This document shows positions 27,367 to 42,003 of a stretch of DNA of 64,000 nucleotides, in pieces. The DNA lies in assembly GCA_012295275.1 (NCBI GenBank), contig CM022670.1:33046001-33110000 (forward strand), written 5' to 3'. Every line of letters begins with the position of its first letter. Within the stretch, counting starts at the first letter, position 1. The notes beneath the pieces are model-generated. The model saw nothing but the letters and a program-made list of their open reading frames with translations. It was not told where the DNA came from and did not search any database. Source of the DNA: Chrysomallon squamiferum. Lineage: Eukaryota > Animalia > Mollusca. Made by a program: the position numbers and the translations under genes.

Positions 27367-28807
27367 TTAAAATTAAAAATATTAATACTTCTGAGGTACA
27401 TATAAAACATTCATGTATAACTGCATGTTTGCCTGTTTATATTTCAAGGTAAACTATAAACTATTTTTGTTTGTTAAAAATTATATTTATTTTGGCGTTG
27501 ATGTAACACACTCAGTTTATGCCTCTACCAGTTCACTTTTAGTAATACTATCATCACGAATAACTTTATTTTATTTGCCAATATTATTTCTTCTCGTACA
27601 CGTGTAGACTTCAGCAGCGACATAATGTGCACGGGCTGTGGTTGTAAAGAAATCACGATCGATAACTCTCGACAATTTTATTATTTTATCTGCCCTGTAA
27701 TACCCGAGTTCGTGACTTTTTCTCGTATTGTGATCTATTTTGGATCTTAAAGCTCTTTGCAAAGACAAGCTAAATCAACAAGGATTGTTTTCCTTAAATT
27801 AATACACTTTCCCACTGAACATTCTAAACATGTAAAATATAAACTGTTACAAATATTCATTACTGAAAATTTAATATAACGGACTGTTCGGAAAATGTTA
27901 TAATAATAACGGTGTGTTAACAATTAGTAAGTCATAATATTTTTAATAAAAGAAATAAGAAAATAAACTAACGTGTAAACTGCTCTTAAATATCTCTGGC
28001 AAAAACAGTAATTGTTGACAAAGTGGACTGATATGAATCAAATATAAATATATTATTCTGCGTTTTGAAATAATATTTTAAATATTTTTAGGAGAAACAT
28101 GTAGTATAAACTATTTAAATCTGTTTTTTATACATAATATTTGCGTAAATTAGTATATTATATACGTCTTCAAAATATTGGTAAAATGAAAACAATAAAG
28201 CATGTTTATTGCGTCCTATTCTATAATTACTTATTACTATCTAAACGAATATTATTGTTTGAAAACTGAAATGCAAAACAAATAACATATTTACTTAAAA
28301 ATACATTTTTTTTTTTTTTTTTTTATGTATTTATTTCTTATACATAATCGATGAATATTTATCACTTGCGGGCTGGTATTTTCTGTCTCGATTATCTATT
28401 ATTTGCTTATTACACTGCCCATAGCCCGTTGGCGTTTCGTTAGTTTTGTTTTGGTACCGTCTCGATCTCTCATTATACAAAGTAAAGAGACGAACCGAAT
28501 AGAAACCATCGATGGTGAATGATTAATGGCGACAAAACGTATATGTTATCTTTTTAAATAAATTATTCTCGTTAAAGATGTTCACAAACCGTAGTGCCGA
28601 CCACTTTACTGTTGCTTAGAGTTATCTTTCTGACAGAAATCTCTTGTAAGAGAGTACAGTATATATCGATTGACCCCTGACCCGGCAGCAATGGAGGATA
28701 TTGATCGAGAAAGGTTTTGTGCGTAAAATTAATTCGATATATTTCTGCAAGATATTGTCATGCTCATTTTTCTATCCTCTTGTTTTTAGGAGGAACCCGA
28801 GGAGTCG

Positions 28808-30398
28808 ATGGCACAAAGTCCTGACAGGTATAAATCGCCACAAGAAAAACGACTCAGCATCGAGAAAGTGCGACATGAGAGCCTAACTCAAGAGCAGACG
28901 AGCAGCCGGCAGCCTGGAGAGTCGGCTGAAGACAGAAATATACCGCATACTCAAGTTTCTCAACGACATTCAGGTATTACAACTAACCAACAACCAAGTG
29001 TGTCAAAATCTACTAAATCTGAAAATAACGGTGCTAAATCGAAGCCTTCCAATGGAGCTTTTGAAATGGGAATAAAAAGTATGGAAGTTCAAGACGATTC
29101 ATTTGTTGTGCAGACAGTTGAGATAATTAAAAGACCTGGCCAGACATTGGGATTTTATATTAGAGAAGGAAATGGCTTTGACAGACAAGATGGCGTTTTC
29201 ATTTCACGAATTCAGATGGGAACTGTTGCAGAAAGTAATGGCTTGTTGCATGTAGGGGATGAAATACTGACAGTAAATAATGTCAAAGTGAGTAAAATGT
29301 CACTAGATGATGTTGTTATACTTATGTCAATTCCCAAAAAATTAGTTTTAACTATTAGGACTACAAGAAATTGCAATAAAAACAAATCCTGCCCATCCTT
29401 AGCATTGACTGAGAGAGATGAAACACCAGTTGTTGTACTTAAAAAGGGCCGATCGTCATCAGCTTCTCAGCTGGAATTGACTGAGAAGTGCCCTGATGCC
29501 TTTCAATCATATGCTCATTACCCTTTTCATCCATCGGATTATATTTCTAAAAAGGAAACTTGCCAAGAAAAGCCTACCTCATCTCGTTATGCCAGTATTT
29601 TTATTTCCCCTCAAAGAGCAGAAGCCAGACTCTTAGTAGATGAATCCATGGATAGTGGTAATTCCAGTGATGGTTCTTTACCTCGTAGTCATGGAAGCCG
29701 TGGAAGTCATGGCAGTGGTGATTCAGGTCCACGAGAACGTCCATATGCAAGTGCGGGTGTTCAAGACAGTGATATATTAGAAAGTCCAGGTTCCTATCTT
29801 AGCCCATCTTCTACTATGTTAAGTCAGTACAGTTTTACAGGTGACAGAGATTATCTAAAATACCTTCTACCTGAAGGACTTAGTAGAAAACCAACACCAA
29901 AGTCTCCATCAAAAACTTCAACCATTTCTCCTAGCATTCCAGTTCTACGGTCAAGTGGTCACTTGTCAGATGAAAGTCAAGGAGTATATAGTAGTTCTGA
30001 GTCTCCATATGCATCTGCACAATCTTATAGAGACTACGTGTCTTACAGAGGTTATCATGATGACCGCAAAGCTCAAGAAAGGTTACGAGATTTACTACAT
30101 TCCAAATCAAGGTATAACAGGTTACTAAGGAGTCGTTCTCCAGAATGTTACAATTCTGATTCAGAAATAATTTACACACATCCTCGACAAGTAGATTCTA
30201 GAGGATTTGCTTCTGATTACGAAACCTATGCTGGAGCAATAAGTGATGATGATGGGCCTGTTTATTCTATTCCACATATTCCAGCTAGCAGCAGCACTGA
30301 ACTTCAGCAGCTGTTAAAGAAATTTACAACATTGTCTCAGGAGTTGCAACAGGAACAGTGCAAGTTACAACGTCAGCTGTCCGCAAGAGATAAATCCA
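28808..30398 (+). CDS. RhoGAP100F: RhoGAP100F/SYD-1 family protein, coding exon 1 (PDZ domain, coiled coil)
   Basis: VEIIKRPGQTLGFYIREGNG..DGVFISRI..GDEIL.VN..MSLDDVV.LMSIP is the SYD-1/RhoGAP100F PDZ; in-frame acceptor TTTTAG| before 28790 (EEPEES-M); donor A|GTAAGT after 30398, phase 1. Confidence 0.93.
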
Positions 30399-30601
30399 GT
30401 AAGTTACCTATTTTTATTATCATGTAATTAACAGAAATAATTATCCTACATATAACAACCAGTAGTAAAAGAATGATTACTGAATGACACCTAACATGTA
30501 CACATATGTCATATGCCAAAAACTAAAAGCTATTTCTATTTAAAATCTTTTACTTGTTTTATGACTATTATTATTATTTTTTAAATTTATTAATAATTTT
30601 T

Positions 30602-30636
<35 letters not shown>

Positions 30637-33600
30637 AAAGATAATTGAATTCAGAAGATGAGAGTTTGGTTTAAGGATTTTTTTTATTCCAGTGATTAAG
30701 TTTCACATGGACTTAAATTTTAACCTCAGATCAATACTGTGGTATTTCAAACTTTTTGTAATTGTTCATAAAATTATTAAATATTAATTTCTAATGTTCA
30801 AGTGTTAGATATTTCTGATTAGCAACAATATGTCGCTTTGAACTTAAACAAATACAAATGTTGGCATGTAAGCTGTCATACAAATACATTATTTGAACAA
30901 GTGATGTAACAACATTAGGTTTCATATTTATTAATTTATATAACTGCCGTAAGTTCATTAGGTGTATTGAAAAAAAAAAAAAAAAAAAAAAATCATTCAT
31001 TCCAGCATTACAGATCTGTAAACAAAACAGATGAAATTTAATTTCCAGAACAATTGAATTAGAAAAAAACATATTAGATGTTTATCTGATTTGAATAGAT
31101 TTTCTGAGTAACATGTTTGAACATAACAATGAAAGTTTTCCACGGAATATTAGCACATAATGTTACTGTTCCACATAGACTTGCTATAGGTTGTTAAAAC
31201 TATGTTTACTTTTATTTAATATTAAATATTTTCTCCATAAATATCTATACCCATACCACAATTTAATATAACTTTAGTACAAAATTTTAACATGTACCAT
31301 TGGTTTTAATGACAGAACAGTCCCTAACTGAAGGATAAAATATGCGACATTCATAACAACTTTGTCATTTGTGATTTGTATCAGATTTTGGCATGCAAGT
31401 TTGAGCTCTCTGGTATTAACACATAAATCAATATGTCTAGAAGATCTGCAAACTGATTCACCAACACGTTTCTCATCAGTCCCGATATTCTGTTAAGACA
31501 GGAGAACCATTGAGAAGTGATCAGTTTCACCAGCATTTTGTCAGACTCTGTGTTGTGCTGTAGAAATAATATCTCTGAACTTGAGCTTCACTGCTTCAGG
31601 AAAATTTGACTCCCATGGACAACAAGAAAACCAAATATTATTGTAGCTCCTGTCCATCATCCCAACATTTCCCTGAAAGGTTTGCGTATTCAGACAGTAA
31701 TCAAGTGTGAATGCCTGTTTGTAAACACCATTCACTACATTTATAATCCCGAGACACTGTTCATTTAGTGGTCTGGATTAAAAGGAGTTTGAGTTTTCAG
31801 TTCTTTTGCGTATGCTTAATAAAAAAAAAATATATATTGCCATGCTATCTGGAGGCAAGATATAGATTTATAATCCGGAGACACTGTTCATTTTATAACC
31901 AGACATATAGTTACTGATTCTGCTGGCAAAGATTAAGATTCTGAATCATGAAAGAGGTAAAATCTGATATAATTTGGTCTTGCAATTATACCTAGCCCAG
32001 ACAGTTAATTGTACAGATGTGAAAACATATATCTGCTATTTGTATCAGAAATGTGATCATTTTATCAAATGCTTTTTGAGAACGTTTAACAGACACACAC
32101 ATACACATGCAGACACTATTTATAATGATACAGAATGATACCTATAATGAACTTATAAAGTATTTCATAGTGACAGTGAAAATCAAATACAGTGTATTAT
32201 TAAGTATACTTATCTTATACATTTCTTTCTTAACTGAAATGCATCCAAATGAAGAAAAAGAAAACAAAACCAAAAAGAAAAGAAAAGAAAAGAAACCAAA
32301 AATAAATAAATAAAACATATTTATTCATATATAATGACATGTGCCTATTGCAGAAGCTCTGATCAATATATTTAAAAATAAAAAGCAGTTTGGAGTATAG
32401 GCTTTTAAAGAGGCAGAACATTCAAGCTTGTCTAATGCATAATGGATTATACAATCAATCAGCCGTATTCAACCCATTGTTTATTTCCTGTTTTTGTTTT
32501 TTGTTTTTTAATGAAAAGAAAAAAGCCTTTTGTGCAAATGTGTTTTTTGATAAAGAAGCATCATGCTAAAAGGTATTGTTTTATTTTGTGTTAGTTTCTT
32601 TTTAATTTATTTTATTTTATTTCTTTTTAAAAGCAAACATTTTTTTTTCCTAAAAAAAAAAAAGAAAAAAGTTAGAATTGTTTTTCTTTTCAAAATACAA
32701 AAATATAATGCAGATGTCAATTGTGTATACATATTATCAAATAATAATAGATGAAAAAAGATCTATAAACAGTGAAATATGCAGTACTATTACATTAAAT
32801 AAATGTTAGAAACTAATATACCTGTAACTTGCTACATTAACCAGAAATGTAACACTTCTAAAAATGGTATTACCTCATTTATGTGTGTATGTATGTATGT
32901 ATGTATGTATGTATGTATGTATTTCTGTGCATGTGTGTGATTATTGTTCTATATATTTTCTTGCACATATATGCACAAAACTGGGTGGAATTTAGAAAAG
33001 AATTTGTGGAGAGATTTGATCCTTTAACTAATAATTCTGCAGACTAGTATTCTATCACATTATTCAATTCATGCTCCAAATCCAGTTACATACATGTAAC
33101 AGAATAAAGATGTATAAAATATTCAGTGATTAATATCACTTGTTTTTGCCATGGCAATATTTTATTTATGGAAAAGAGCATTGCCATTAAGTAAACACCA
33201 TTTAATCAATAACTGACATATTTGTGTCGAAATGCATACATATAATTTGATCGTATCTTTAAAATTTTAAAACTAAATATGTACATGTAATAGTTGAGTC
33301 TTATTGAAAAAATATGATTAGAGCAGATTGGTGTGTATGTCTGCGTGCGTGTATTTGTATGTGTTTGTATATATTCATGTGTGTGTGTGTGTAATTTAAA
33401 TATTAAGTGCTTTTTGTACAAGGTTTTATCAATTAATCATAAAGTAAAATTAAAAAAATTTAAAACAACATTTTCACTGATTGCAACCTTGGTGTTATCA
33501 ATTGTCCTTATTAATACATCTTTTATTAACAGATCTTGGTTTAGTCATGCTTGACTCTTTTTGCCAGTATCTGTTCATAGTACTGAATATTTTATATCAT

Positions 33601-34933
33601 TTTGAAACAAGTAAAATATTGCTTTGCTGTTTGGTTGTGCAGTTGTTTACCTTAAGGATTAATATTTACCAAATAGACACATCAAATAAACAGATTCTGT
33701 CATCACTGTGTACTGAATAATGACAGTTTTGAGATATAATGGCAGAATTCTTTCATTAGCAAGAGATATATTTTATTTACCATGAGCAGTTTTTATTATT
33801 CATATATCATATCCTAACTGCATCAGAATGTCATGTGCATTGTAGATCAATAAGACTGCATGTACATATCAGACTACTGGGATGTTTAAACAGTTTACCA
33901 TCTGTCATACAGAAAATTTATTTACATAATAAAAGACATTTATTTTGTGTTTGTTACATATATCAGTGTTTATTAAGATAAATATATTGATAAATCTTTA
34001 ATTATCTGTAGTGTTCATTGGTATATTCAAAAAAGGATGATAATGAGGAGGATGATAAGTATGATGATTACAATGATAATAAAAAACTAAATAAATAAAC
34101 CCATTATAATTTATAGTGCTGAACAGTAAGGCAAAGTGAAACAATTATGGAATCTAATTCAGTAATTATAATGGCATCTTTCATTGATTAGGAAACAGAA
34201 AACTATTATTAATCTAAAGGATTTTGTATTTCAGAAATATCTGTATTAATCAATCACAGATGAATATCAGTTAATATCTGTTCTTATTTGTTGCAACAAT
34301 TATTACGGAAACTAAAATTTTTCATTTAATTGCTACTACATTATTAAATATAATACATAAATAACAGTCACAAAAAAGAACACACATATCATTGCACTAG
34401 AAGCTAATTTTATCAATATGCAAAACAATATCTTTTGTGAACATTTTTCCATAGGAAAGCACATACTGTAGCCTTTCACTTTCATATATCCATTTGATAG
34501 TACTTGGTAGAACAGGATATAGCTATTTATTGTAATGCAGTCAAGCTATCATTGTTTGGCACAATTTATATTTAAACTGCATATTTTTGTAATGTGTAGC
34601 AATCCTAATAATACCTTTACAATAATAAATATTTTGAATTCTACAGCTGAAAATAATTTACTGGTTTTTTACAATATTTATATATATATAATGTATATAT
34701 CACTGTATGTGTAACCTTTCTTCTTGTGGTTTCATCTTTTAAAGATTTCTGTATACATACTTTGATTTTTATTGTTAAGATTATATTTCATGATCTAATA
34801 TTTCTCAGTGTACATATTGGGCTTCTTCCAACCTGTTCATCAAAAAGTTTCTGTCATGATATGTATGATGAATAAGTCAAGAACTTTAAGTGTAAATTGA
34901 AATATATGATTACTTTATGATTAATCATTTTAG

Positions 34934-36046
34934 GATCATCAACCATGTCACTTCCAAAACCTGTTGAATCTGCATCACAAGATGACTTCATACAACGAGG
35001 AGCAATGTCACTAGGCCGGTCTTCACCTCTTCCTTCAAGACGGGCAGCTTCAACACAGACGCCAGGCAATATCCATGCTCGACTGACACGAAAAACGAGC
35101 CAGGAATTGCCTTTGGGCAGTCGCAGCACGTACCAGCTAGAAGACAGTTCCGACTCAGCCCAGGAGCAGCGGATGGCTCCTCCTGTTCATTCGAGTTCCA
35201 GAGGCAGCATGATTACAGGTGGCATACCAATATCTACCTCACAGTCTGGCACGTCACTCTCAGATAGAACTAAGCTGCTGGAGGGTGGCATGCGAGCATC
35301 AGCCAGGTTTAGAGACCTCCAGTTCACGAAGAAGCCCTTGCATATACCATACAGTGAATTTGAACCTTACAAGGCAGATATTCGTAAACGTGTGGAGATT
35401 AACAGGACATCAGGCCTTGATGGCTTGTTGTGTATTCATGTCATGTCCGGGCAGGGTCTCAAATCTTCCAAAACCAGTCTACGAGACTTGTACTGTGTTG
35501 TGGCTGTTGACTCCATTAACAAAGCTAGGACTATGATACGAACTGGTGCTATTAATTTTGACTGGGATGAAGCTTTCGATGTAGATCTAGAAGATTCTAA
35601 AGAGGTTTCTTTCTTAGTGTATCACTGGGATCCTAATTACAAACATAGGTTGTGTTTTCATGGGTCTGTTTTATTACCGGGTTATGTTCTTAGTGGGCAC
35701 AAGAAATTTGTGGCAATAAAAATGGAACCAAAAGGAATATTATTTGTAGCTCTTCTCTATAAGGAACCAGCTGTTTCCCTCCAACGATTGCCTTCTGTTA
35801 AGAAAAATGCTCTGTTTGGATCGGATTTAGAGGAAGTGATACTTCGTGAAAAGGCAGGTTTAAATGTTCCACTGATTGTTCACAAGTGTCTTGAGGAAAT
35901 AGAGAGACGAGGACTGGAGACTGTTGGGATTTATCGGTTGTGTGGTTCGGCTAGGAGAAAGGCACTACTCAGGGAGGCATTTGAGAAAAATGTTCAGAAT
36001 GTAGATCTGTCACCAGAAAATGTTTCTGATGTACATGTCATCACAG
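34934..36046 (+). CDS. RhoGAP100F: RhoGAP100F/SYD-1, coding exon 2 (C2 domain and start of RhoGAP)
   Basis: LRDLYCV..DS..KART.IRTG..NFDWDEAFD C2 domain; LFG.DL, GIYRLCGS arginine-finger motif; acceptor and donor both phase 1 and consistent. Confidence 0.95.
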
Positions 36047-36498
36047 GTAAGGATCTTACATTTTAGAAAAACAAATCATGTTTTATAATATCTATTTTTA
36101 TTGTATTATAACTATTGGAGAGTAATGCTTTATAATGTGACAATTTATTAACTTCTCTTATCAAAAAATAGAATTAGTATTAAAAAATTTGTAGAATTGT
36201 CTGAAAAATGAATGCGGTATCTATTTTGCTGGATTTGTTTAAAGCTGTTATCATATGTATTTTATAAATTCATTAATACTAAGAAATAAAGCTTTATTAA
36301 TTAGTTTGGTGTATAAGAATATCCATACATTTAAAACAAATGTTCTTAATTCTGGTTTGAAAAGAGTTTTATTAAAAGATTATCAAGATATAAATTATTT
36401 GTCAATTATAGTGATAAACTTAGAAATTAGCTGTTTGTCTGCCTCTATTGCTTTTCAAATAATGACTTAGAAAGCAAATAAATAAATAAATAAAATAA

Positions 36499-36529
<31 letters not shown>

Positions 36530-38032
36530 ATATAAATAAATAACCAAAAACATTTTTTTTAAACAAAAAACAATTACTGTTTTTAAATGAAAGTCCAAAA
36601 ATTAATCATTAGTTTTAAATATAACTTTAGTTTTCCCTTTTTATTTAAATCATTCATTTACTTGTATTATATTTAATGAGTTCATTGAACCATTGTAAAA
36701 AAGCACTTTGTGTAACAAGTTGATTTAATAAACTCTGTCTGTAATTGACTTACAAGAGTACCATCAAGTCCATATAGCTGAGTCATGAAAGTTTAATATA
36801 CCAGATACTTCTTATACAGCAAGATTGTCCATAATATATAAACAGTAAAACCAGAAATAGATAGCTACTGAAATCAGTCTTTGATTTCCAAAAGTATTTG
36901 TATTGTAAGAAAATGAAGAAAATCATGAATTAAAGTGTACATTTGATAAAATGAAGAAATTATTTAAATATATTTTATGTTAAGTTTTGTTTTTAGCCAT
37001 TCTATCTTAAAAAAATAATAATGTAGAAAAACAAAAGACTACAGTTTAAATATATATTTGCGGCCACCATTTTTTCTGTAGACAGTAGTTATGATGTCAT
37101 CACATACAGATGAACTGATCTGTTCTGTAATTACTGCTTGTATTGTCAGAAAAATACAACTATCTGTCTAACATGCATGCACTGATGACTCAGTTTGTTA
37201 CAAGTGATGACAAAACTAATATTAACATGGAAGTACCCAGAATGTTATTTCACTGAATGTAGGCACACTTTAAATGAGTTTTTACATAGCATTCACAATA
37301 ATAAACAAATATAATAGTTATAAAAAAATAAAATAACAAAATAACCATTTTTTTTTATGATTATTACAGAATAAATATGGTTTTAAAAGACAGGTTTAAA
37401 ATAAAATAAAATAACCTTTTCATAATCTTATTGTCTTTCTACACATTAAATTATTATCATTTTTATATATATATATTTCAGTAATTGTTGCAGACTGAAA
37501 TATAGAGAATAGTTATTACTTGTTTTTAAACAAACAAAAATGTCTTATAGAGTATATGACAATCTTCAATAAGACATTAGCAAATTTATATCATTAAAAT
37601 GATATAAATTTATAATTCATGCTCAGCTGAATTAATCGATACTAAAACAGTATCCTACAAAATAACATAGAATCTTTTGATCCATGAGAAAAATGATAGC
37701 AGATAATTAGTATGGAGTGAAAAAATCTCTTAGCCTGATTATAGTATAGATGATCAATTCATGCTAGTGATTTCCAGATAATTACCAATAATTATGAATT
37801 TGACAAAAACAATTAACAATTTAATATAAAACAGTATGTAAAAACATTAAAATCACAATGATGATGATAATCTCAAATTATAATCATAATAACATCATCA
37901 CTTGTTTTACTGCTTTGTTTATCTTTATTATATGTACCTGGAAATATTGGATATCTTTTTAATGTGTATTATGGTCAAGTTTGAACTCGTGTTGTTATTT
38001 CATCGTCTAATCTTGATATTCTGTGTATGTAG

Positions 38033-38193
38033 GTGTTTTAAAAGATTACCTACGTGAGCTGCCAGAACCTCTCTTCACCAATGCATTGTATCAGATGTTG
38101 TTAGATGCCCTCAGTGTACGCTTGCCCAGTGATCCTGAAGGTAGTGCTACACTGATGCTCAGTATTCTAGAGTGCCTTCCAAAAGCCAATCAG
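38033..38193 (+). CDS. RhoGAP100F: RhoGAP100F/SYD-1, coding exon 3 (RhoGAP)
   Basis: GVLKDYLRELPEPLFT motif; TAG| acceptor, CAG|GTAATT donor, phase 1 to 0. Confidence 0.95.
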
Positions 38194-38928
38194 GTAATTT
38201 ACTGTTTGGATCTACATATGAATATATACAATATTTAATTTGAGATATCATCAATATAATACTGTATTTCCATTAAAACCCATCATTTTACAGTTGTCAA
38301 AAGTGAGTGTTAAAATAATCTTAAATTTCAAGGAAAATATTCAAAAGACAGTAAAGGTTGATAGCAAAATCTTGCACTGTTGTTTGCTCTCAAATCTGAC
38401 GTTACAGACATTCATTAAAGAGTATTTTTTCAGAACTCATTAATGAATATTTTTAATGTCAGAAGTGAGAGCAACCAATAGTAAAAATTATTCTGATTTC
38501 CTGTCATATGGTGTATGTACCTCATACCAATTACTATTGCCCCTAAGAAGCCCATAAAATGATACAGATCTGATCCCTAGAAATTTATTAAAGATTCTTA
38601 TTGAATCATATGTAATACCTAGATATGCTTGCACAATTAAGGATTAGTTTGTGAAAATATTTTGATCTTTGAGTCTTGTATTTTTTTACTTTGTTAACTG
38701 TATTTCTGATTACCACATAAATCTGACTTTGCCAGTAGGAGCACAGCATTTTCTTTTACATCATCATAGAGCATGATCAAGAAACTATATAACTGGCTTC
38801 CACTAGATACATTTAAATTAAAAATATTCATAGAATTCATTGCTGTTCAAAGCCTAGCAAAAGAATACTATTAAATCATTCATCACAGTTTCAAAATTAA
38901 ATGAAAATAAAAAACATTGTTGTTCCAG

Positions 38929-39139
38929 GATACAATGACTCGACTGTTGAATCATCTGAGACTGGTAGCCTCACACAGTGACAAGAACAAGATGACTCTA
39001 GAAAATCTGGCTATCTGTTTTGGTCCAGTTCTTCTCTGTCCTTCCCCATCCACCTCTACAGATGCTGCTCTTGATTTCAAGAAACACATAGAAGTCCTTC
39101 TGTATCTGCTGCAAATCTGGGATGACAACAGCACCAACT
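38929..39139 (+). CDS. RhoGAP100F: RhoGAP100F/SYD-1, coding exon 4 (RhoGAP end)
   Basis: HLRLV....[17 protein letters not shown] motif; CAG| acceptor, T|GTAAGT donor, phase 0 to 1. Confidence 0.95.
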
Positions 39140-39735
39140 GTAAGTCAGTTGAAATAAAGATCAAAATTTGAAAGCATTATGTTATATTATTGATTTGTTT
39201 AGTAATATATTTAATATAACTATGTTTATAGAATAAAAATGGATGAAACAAATATTTATTCTAAAATCTTGACTTAAAAAGTAAACGGGGGAAATGATTA
39301 ATTCCAGTTATATTATTATGATTAGTTCATCCCTTTATATCTCAAAGTATCAAAATCATAATAGTTGTTTTGATGAGTTTTTAGTCAGAATTTATTTGTT
39401 AAATATTTATCTTGTAAATTTTCTTTCTCATTAGTAATAAAATGATGGTTGTTTTTTACAGTATGAACAAGTATAATTTTTTTTATAAAAACAATAAAAA
39501 ATAAAGGTTTTACAGAAATATATTTTGTAGATGATTAAATAATTTATTTACCTCTATTATTATGCCATAAAAGCATTTGATTCAGTATGCTTTTAAAAAT
39601 TGAAACATAAAATGTATGTACTTAATTTTAAATATATAAATAAGTTTAGTGATATTCACTATTTTATGTCTTCATTTATTATATTATATTTTTGCTAAGT
39701 TAAGTATAGATCATGACTTATATATTTTATTTCAG

Positions 39736-39805
39736 CAACATCTAAATCATCTACTGGAGATACAGTGGTATCTGTTGAAACCCAATCAGCAACAGGGGAA
39801 GAACA

Positions 39806-39836
<31 letters not shown>

Positions 39837-39902
39837 CAACAACAACAGCAGCAGCAGCAGCAGCAGCCTAGAGCTGAGAGAATTGCAATGGATGGTGATT
39901 AG
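39736..39902 (+). CDS. RhoGAP100F: RhoGAP100F/SYD-1, last coding exon (polyQ tail, stop TAG)
   Basis: TTTCAG| acceptor, phase 1; reads STSKSSTGDTVVSVETQSATGEE-Q21-PRAERIAMDGD*; total CDS 3243 nt, divisible by 3. Confidence 0.8.
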
Positions 39903-41883
39903 AAACATATTACTGCACCTCTGTCTCCTGTCTCTCATTATTTCTTGTCTCTTGGAGTTTCACCTGCTGATGGATAAAGTGGAAAAGCTCAAAACAAAAA
40001 TGGAATAACATGGTTGTGAATTTTAATCAAAAGAAATACACAACAATGGTTTTCACTGGGATGTAATGCCTGATCATAGTAACCAATGAATTTCTACTTA
40101 TGGGTCAACTCTCAACGAATGTATATAACTGTATTTTTATTTAAAACCTAGTTCATTGTAGTTTTATTTAAAACCTCAAGTCAGCTGGGAACAGTCTTTG
40201 ATGGTCCACAGGGGTGTGAAAATATTAAACCTGAATTTGTTCATGATCTTTTATGATACATATCTTTATATACAACGTGCAATATTCTATAGAAATATAG
40301 ATCTGAATATATATTTCAGAACTTGTTTAATTAACATTTTGCTTTACTTTTAGAAATATTTGTATAATACAGCTGATGATATAATATTTTAATATATTTA
40401 CCTGCTAGCATGATATTCTTACAGTGGCTTGTTTTCTTTTTACAAACTGGTGAAGATGGATTCCCAGGTAGCATCTAATTTCATTACTGATCATCATTAT
40501 AAAGACAAAAACAACAAATGAAGTTAATTACTTTCACAGAAAAGATTTATTACTTGAAACAAAAACAAAATTAATAATTAAAACAGTGGATAATGTAACA
40601 ATAATAACTGATAGTAATACACTGTGGCTGAACAAGAATTTATACTTGCACTGTATTCTTCAAATAAGAGATTAAAGTAATTTGTAAGTTTCATCACTAT
40701 ATCAAACCATTATGAGTGAAATTGTAAAAATGTTCCCAAATCCATAAAGATATTACAATAATCTACAGCCATAGATCATATAGTTATTGTTGTAATCACA
40801 GTTTTTATAAATTCATTTCTTTTCTTTAAATTTATATACATTGTTTTTATTACAGTGTTATCATTATTATTTTATTATTTGTTTTTATTTATTTATTTTT
40901 TATTTTGACATTTCATGAAACCAAACTGTATTTCACACATTGATCTATGGTATATTCTCATTTTGATATTTCCACACCCCTGAACTGTAAATGAAGACAA
41001 TTTTAAAGAATAATCAATCCCTCTCTTTCTCTATTTTTTTCTTCTTTTTTTTTGGCTAACAAACAACTCCCGCATGATTCATAAAAAAAAAAATAATTAT
41101 AAAAATTCTATTTGAAATATAATACAGTGCTATTGAATGTCAGTGTCACATAAAAATACAGAACACAGCTGTGAAGCATGTTAACAAAATATTATTAATT
41201 ATTTTTGCCATATTCATTTTTACAAAATTCATGTCTACATAATTATTCAGACACACTTCAAGGATTAATAGATTTTTCTGTGGGGTTTTTGTTTGTTCAT
41301 TATATTAGTCTCATTATTTAGATTTTGAGTTCATCTCGTGCACTGTCTGGCTAAATGAGAGAAAGGGATGTAGTGATAACATAGGTCAGAATATAACCAG
41401 ATATAAATAATCAGTAACCATGTGGTATTTCAGATTATATGTTTTAAAATAATGATTCTCAAAGTAGAGTGTTGATCCCCCTGAGACCCTCCCAAAGCAT
41501 CTACTATAATAATTTCTCATTTCTAATTTGTAATATGGTATGCACTGATAAGCAAAAGCATGTAAACCAAGACTATTTGATTTTCTGGTCTTCAGTAATT
41601 TTTAAAAAATATGAAATTTCTGAAACTAAAAAAAATATTTGAGAATGGCTTTTTAGGGCATCTGGAACATTATAATGTGAATGGTACCAAAATCAAGTTA
41701 GAGAAAAGGCATTTAAAACATAATTATTAATAATTTTATAATTATTTCATTAAAGTTTACACAATATTAATCTGTTTAATTTTTTTTAATTTTTGTATTT
41801 GAAAAATAAGCAAAAAAAATAATATCTTCATATGGAACATATTCTGTATCTTGGAAAAATTTTGTTGTTTTTAAAAACTGTTA

Positions 41884-42003
41884 TATGGTATATTATCATT
41901 TTGATAAAGTCCATGGTATATAATGTTATCATTTTGAATCCTTGACAATGTTCATGGTATGAAATGTTATTATTTCAGATTTTTGATAACATTCATGGCA
42001 TAT
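41884..42003. repeat. Degenerate about 30-40 bp tandem repeat (CATGGTATA..ATGTTATCATTTTGA)
   Basis: About 4 diverged copies. Confidence 0.6.

Noticed and set aside
31741-31895. 26-bp direct repeat TTATAATCC.GAGACACTGTTCATTT in the RhoGAP intron
   Set aside because: Only two copies and no element structure; probably a local duplication or old TE debris
29931-35536. ORFs 29931-30179(-), 34854-35129(-) and 35219-35536(+)
   Set aside because: Antisense or alternate-frame shadows of RhoGAP exons
39649-40008. 119-aa ORF with poly-S/N
   Set aside because: Wrong frame; splice phase selects the polyQ frame 39736-39902
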